DNA of 64,000 nucleotides, from the NCBI GenBank assembly GCA_037441675.1, contig JBBIRS010000001.1, positions 192,001 to 256,000 on the forward strand. The letters run 5' to 3'. The position numbers were made by a program, and so were the translations under genes. This document shows, piece after piece, positions 59,735-64,000 of the stretch. The stretch is from Planctomycetales bacterium (GTDB lineage Bacteria > 4484-113). The notes below the pieces were generated by a model that saw nothing but the letters and a program-made list of their open reading frames with translations, did not search any database and was not told the origin of the DNA. Each line of letters begins with the position of its first letter. Position 1 is the stretch's first letter.

Positions 59735-61621
59735 GTGCCAGATAAATTGCGAACTTGGTTATTGCCTTCAATCTTGCTTCTATCCCTCTTCTTGCTTCCG
59801 TTTTTTGAGGGCGGAAACGGCTTTCCATCCTTTTTCTTCGGCTTAGTTGTTATACCCTCAATCTTCCTATTGCACTACTTCTCCGGGGACATTCGTCCCT
59901 CGCTGACATTGACTCTTTTGTTGTTGATTTTCGTTTTAATAAGTCTCGCAACATCAACTTATGTCTATCCAACTCTTAAGAATATCAACTTTTTAGTTTC
60001 AAGCGTCTCCGCGTTTATTCTAACCGCTCATTACGCGAGGAAAGTTCCACGCTTTTGCATTCTCCTCCTTGAGGTGCTGACCGCTTCTTCCTTTCTCACC
60101 TGTTTATATGGCTTATTTCTTCTATCAGCAAATCTTCCAAGAATAACCTTTGAGACTCAAGTTTCCTCAACCTTTGGTCTTCATAATAGCTTTGCGGCAT
60201 TTTTACTCCTTACATGGCTAATTCCCTGGGCTCTAATAGGGATAAGAAAGTCACCCATCTATGCGATAATTGGAGTTACCCTCTTGCTCACACTGCTTCT
60301 AACTTTTAGTCGTGCGTCTTACATTGCGCTTTTCATTCAACTTGCATACATTCTTGTCTCTTTACTATTGGTTAACTCTCAAGGAGTTAACGCCTTTTGG
60401 GAAAATCTCCGAGGCAGTAAGCCCTTCATCTCACTTTCCACCTTTGTTTTACTTTCGTTAGTCCTTATTCTTCTTTCCTTTACCACCTTTTACGTAAGCC
60501 TTTTTCAACGTATCACCTCCATCTTCAATATTCTTGATTATTCCCTTCAGGGCAGGCTAACCTTCTGGAAAGTTGCCTTTGAAATGTTCGCAAGATATCT
60601 TTTCTTTGGAGTAGGGCTAGGTAACTTCGGATACCATTACACCTATCTTCAACCCAATTGGCATTATTTTGCCACGGATGCTCATGGAATTATTTTTCAA
60701 GCGCTTGCTGAGGGTGGTTTGTTCACCACTTTTTTTCTCGCATTAATCTTCATTCTATTTTTCAAAAGTTGGATTAAGGCAAAAGCTTTCCCTTCGGCTT
60801 TCCCCAAGACTTCCCATATTCTCCTCAGCTCAGCAATCTTGGGTTTCTTTCTGCACGCCCAGGTTGACTTTGATCTTACCTATCTCGCGAATGCGATTTA
60901 CTTTTCCGCTTTGATTGGAATTCTTCTCTCTCCTGCCCTAAATTATGCTCAGATTAAAAAAGGAAGTATAAGAAATGTCTTCACCGCGCAGGGCTTATAT
61001 CAAAACATAACCGCATTGTTTGTTCTGCTCGGCCTAGTATCAATCATTTCTTCAGGGTATCTTTTGAGTAGGGAGCGTGCCTATCTTGAAAGAGCAAGAG
61101 TAGCGGATAACAAAACGCCTCATCTTGAGAAGGCTCTTTCGGTAATGCCCATTAACGCCTCAGTAAGAGTTGACTTGGTTCTAAATCTACTGCAAGAACC
61201 TACTCCCAATTTAGAAAGAATAAGGGGAGAGCTTAAAACAGTTCTCTCTCAAAATTCTTATGAGAGTCAGGGCTACTTTCTTCTTAGTCAGTTGCCGATA
61301 TCGCCCTTAGAAGAAAGCGTTAGGCTTGGTGAGAAGGCGATAGAGCTTGACCCGTACAACCGACCTTACTACTATCTTGGATTGTCTCGGCTATATAGAA
61401 GGGCAGGCGACACAAATGGAGAACGGCGGATTTTGCTCACTTTTGCCAACCGCTTCGGCGAGATAAAGGAGAAAATCACACCCACATTTGCGCGGAGCAC
61501 GTGGGTAAGTTACAATGAGACCTTTTACACCATTTACCTACGTCTCTCAGAGCTAATGTTAAACGAAGACCCCGTTCTAAGTCGTATTTGTCGTCAGCGG
61601 GCGGAAAATTTCATTCACTGA
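59735..61621 (+). CDS. O-antigen ligase / O-oligosaccharyltransferase family membrane protein with C-terminal TPR-like region
   Basis: About 12 TM segments; HNSFAAFL, TFSRASY, GRLTFW...GVGLGNF, DAHG..Q.LAEGG, HAQVDF; KAIELDPYN. Confidence 0.85.
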   Translation: MPDKLRTWLLPSILLLSLFLLPFFEGGNGFPSFFFGLVVIPSIFLLHYFSGDIRPSLTLTLLLLIFVLISLATSTYVYPTLKNINFLVSSVSAFILTAHYARKVPRFCILLLEVLTASSFLTCLYGLFLLSANLPRITFETQVSSTFGLHNSFAAFLLLTWLIPWALIGIRKSPIYAIIGVTLLLTLLLTFSRASYIALFIQLAYILVSLLLVNSQGVNAFWENLRGSKPFISLSTFVLLSLVLILLSFTTFYVSLFQRITSIFNILDYSLQGRLTFWKVAFEMFARYLFFGVGLGNFGYHYTYLQPNWHYFATDAHGIIFQALAEGGLFTTFFLALIFILFFKSWIKAKAFPSAFPKTSHILLSSAILGFFLHAQVDFDLTYLANAIYFSALIGILLSPALNYAQIKKGSIRNVFTAQGLYQNITALFVLLGLVSIISSGYLLSRERAYLERARVADNKTPHLEKALSVMPINASVRVDLVLNLLQEPTPNLERIRGELKTVLSQNSYESQGYFLLSQLPISPLEESVRLGEKAIELDPYNRPYYYLGLSRLYRRAGDTNGERRILLTFANRFGEIKEKITPTFARSTWVSYNETFYTIYLRLSELMLNEDPVLSRICRQRAENFIH

Positions 61622-61654
61622 AAAATATCCCTCAATTGCGCTATAATCTCAATA

Positions 61655-62617
61655 GTGAACTTTGAGCCTGAAAATGCAGATAAAGAAGAGAAGGCGCGGC
61701 AAAAGGTAGTTTCACCCGAGACCTTCCTTAACGTTCCTACATGTCCTTTTCGCCGAGTAAGTTTTGGCGTGACATACTGCACCATCTCCACCGATGCGTA
61801 CTATGCGGAGGTTGACCCTCTAACGTGCCTCAACTGTGAAGTGCCGGAGATAATTAAGAAGCCGAGGTGTAGATTTTTATCACTAGGGACGGAGCTAAAG
61901 CCTTATCGTGGCGAGGGAAAGTTAGTTACCGCAATGGCTTGCAAGGAGCTTGGAATTAAGCTCTATGATTTCTCCAGCTGCGCCAAGTGCGCTCTATATT
62001 CTGAGGTTCCATCCATAGTTGATGAGATAAAGAGAAGCAAAGAAAAGGCGGAAATCAAGCTCACGGTCACCGATGAACTTGTAAAAGAAGTGGCAAAGAT
62101 AATCTCAGATGAACAAGAGGAATTTCGTGCGGCCAGGGAGGAAAAGCCCTTCTTTTGCATGAGGTGCTGGCGTTTTGCTGATGGACATTGCCGTAAGACT
62201 CCTGTCTACACCCGAGGAAAGGTAACGATAATACTCAAAGCTAACGAACGTAATGACGAGATTTACCGACGCGCTATACTGCCTGCCATAAAGGAAATTG
62301 GCCTTTCTCCTTATCGCATCACGGACGAGATGGATGAAGTGGACAACCTATGCCGAGCCTGTGAGAACATTCAGGAGAGCGATTTCGCAGTTTTTTCCCT
62401 TGACGATTGGGACAGCAACATCTTATTCCTCATTGGCTTGGCGCAAGGAATGGGAAGAAACTTGGCTGTCCTTAAACGCGATAACGTGGCTAAAGTGCCT
62501 CTGCTTGACACAATTTCTGAGTATATTCTTGAATATTCCAATCTCTCTGAAATAATCTTTCTTCTAAAAAGCAGATTTTCTCCATTTATAAAGCATTCTC
62601 AGGAGCGTGAATTATGA
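61655..62617 (+). CDS. Cys-rich N-terminal domains plus a nucleoside-deoxyribosyltransferase-like C-terminal domain
   Basis: CPF..C..CLNC, CRF..C..CAKC, CMRC..C; ILPAIKEIG..PYRITD...IQESDFAVFSL...NILFLIGLAQGMGR. Confidence 0.7.
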   Translation: MNFEPENADKEEKARQKVVSPETFLNVPTCPFRRVSFGVTYCTISTDAYYAEVDPLTCLNCEVPEIIKKPRCRFLSLGTELKPYRGEGKLVTAMACKELGIKLYDFSSCAKCALYSEVPSIVDEIKRSKEKAEIKLTVTDELVKEVAKIISDEQEEFRAAREEKPFFCMRCWRFADGHCRKTPVYTRGKVTIILKANERNDEIYRRAILPAIKEIGLSPYRITDEMDEVDNLCRACENIQESDFAVFSLDDWDSNILFLIGLAQGMGRNLAVLKRDNVAKVPLLDTISEYILEYSNLSEIIFLLKSRFSPFIKHSQEREL

Positions 62618-62907
62618 CTTTCACAGTTCCCTCGGAGCTTACCTTTTCTTGCTCTGAATGTTCTCGTACTTTCCGTCTGATAACTCGCGAGCTCTCAGAG
62701 GTTCTAACGATTCATTGTCCCTACTGCGCATCAAGTATGTATTGGCTGGATTGCGTTGAGCCAAGAGTGAAGGCGGAATTGCTTCAGCAAGTCAGAGAAT
62801 CGCTCAGAGAAATAGTGAAAAAAGTAGAGGAAGATGTGCAAAGGGACAAAAAAGAAGTGGACGAAGCTGTCCTGAGACTGCTCCTTTCAAGAATGATTAA
62901 GAGTTAA
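62614..62907 (+). CDS. Small zinc-ribbon protein with C-terminal coiled coil
   Basis: CSEC...CPYC; ATGA overlap with the upstream gene; AGGAG RBS. Confidence 0.75.
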   Translation: MTFTVPSELTFSCSECSRTFRLITRELSEVLTIHCPYCASSMYWLDCVEPRVKAELLQQVRESLREIVKKVEEDVQRDKKEVDEAVLRLLLSRMIKS

Positions 62908-63065
62908 TCACGAAAATCTTTACGAAGGCGCTTCTTTAGGGAGAGTGCGAACTTCGAGCCTATAGTTATTACCACCCTGCATCTGATTTTTCAAGGTTGC
63001 CGAAATTTCGCTTTTAGAGTAATATTTACGATACCATGCGAAAAGTTGGCAAATGAGAGGGGAAG

Positions 63066-64000
63066 ATGGATAAAATTCTTTTGAAAGTTATAGTATGTGT
63101 TGGAGTTGTTTTGTTTTATTTAACGGTTGTCTACGCAGCAAAGGATCCGCTCGCGGTGAAAGATGCAGTGGTCAAAATCAAGGAGAAAGTTCTTTCCTCA
63201 GAATCTTCCTGGAATGCGCTAATCTCAGAGATCAGTTCCGCACAGGATGAAGCCAAAGAATTCTCCGAATATAAAGACGCCTACGATAAACTCCTTTCCC
63301 TGAAGGATGAACTTAACGCCTACGATAATGAGCTTTCTGGTTATCTGTCTGAGCTTAACTCTTACCGGGAAGAGCATCCTGACATGACTGAAACGGAAGA
63401 ACTCCAATTCACAGAAACCCTTGAATTTGTTGACACTGTCAGCGTTACTATTACTTCATATTTGATGCGCATAGCCTCAATTGAGGTGAAGCAGGCGGAG
63501 TTATTGAAGCAAGCCCCTCCCGAGAAAAAAGAAGTTCCAACCGAATTTGAGGTTCGTGGAGAACTCTCGGTTCTCACTGGTAATGGTACTTTAACCGATA
63601 GGGATAGGCATTACCTCATGGTTTCTGAAAGATACAAGAATAAAAAGGATCAGGTTTTCACTTTTTTGCAAAGGTACGATAACGACCATTCCTTTATTGA
63701 TAGACGAAGAACCGTCTTTTCAATGGCTCAGGAGTTACCCGTTTTTCTTGGGGGAGAGCTGGAAATGCGCCAATCCTATGAAGATTATGATGACCTAAGT
63801 TTCAGCGCGAATTCTCGCAAACAGCTTAATCTTGATTTTGATTTTTCTCGCCCATTTGCTGGTGGTAGAACGCAAACATTTTTCTCCTACCATTACACTT
63901 CAAAGAATTTCAGAAGCATTTCCCCACGCTCATATCTGAATCACTGGGCAAGGTTTGAGATAATTCACGAAATAAGCCCAAAGGTTATTGGTAATGCCTA
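63066..64000 (+). CDS. Partial secreted protein: coiled coil followed by probable outer-membrane beta-barrel strands (runs off the window)
   Basis: Not in the ORF track; ATG 63066 after a GAGGGG RBS; MDKILLK...VYA|AKD signal; open to the window end; alternating strands such as QLNLDFDF and TFFSYHY. Confidence 0.75.
   Translation, partial: MDKILLKVIVCVGVVLFYLTVVYAAKDPLAVKDAVVKIKEKVLSSESSWNALISEISSAQDEAKEFSEYKDAYDKLLSLKDELNAYDNELSGYLSELNSYREEHPDMTETEELQFTETLEFVDTVSVTITSYLMRIASIEVKQAELLKQAPPEKKEVPTEFEVRGELSVLTGNGTLTDRDRHYLMVSERYKNKKDQVFTFLQRYDNDHSFIDRRRTVFSMAQELPVFLGGELEMRQSYEDYDDLSFSANSRKQLNLDFDFSRPFAGGRTQTFFSYHYTSKNFRSISPRSYLNHWARFEIIHEISPKVIGNA

Noticed and set aside
63225..63577. Two short minus-strand ORFs
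   Set aside because: Antisense to the long open plus-strand frame starting at 63066
1..64000. CRISPR arrays, rRNA, prophage genes, and the remaining short nested ORFs
   Set aside because: No repeat-spacer arrays, rRNA-like or phage genes seen; nested ORFs overlap well-supported genes

Overview
Chromosomal window from a diderm bacterium (secretin, beta-barrels, lipoproteins). Several gene types and orders are Terrabacteria-like (Bacillus-type sdhCAB, MutS2, coaD followed by a SepIVA-like gene); the lineage cannot be fixed from sequence alone. Housekeeping content is secA, a small glycan-synthesis operon, tRNA-Val and tRNA-Cys, mutS2, ssb, acyl-CoA synthetase, lemA-cutA, fumarase beta-sdhCAB, coaD and a lone nuoN. 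The standout is a ~24 kb type IV filament locus (34086-57888). It has six oversized prepilins, a 2849-aa GspK/PilX-like tip protein with ~1600 aa of Ig/PKD/IPT-like modules inserted into its GspK fold, a PilQ secretin with a GGFG-repeat insert, a PilM-PilN fusion, and PilO- and PilP-like genes. An O-antigen-ligase-family gene lies nearby. Other observations: a candidate ECF-sigma-driven sRNA (17109-17195) whose promoter motif recurs before pilMN; several apparent pseudo-enzymes; and a frameshifted paralog pair beside the tRNAs. No CRISPR array, integrase or transposase was seen. All family calls come from motif recognition by eye; no searches were run.
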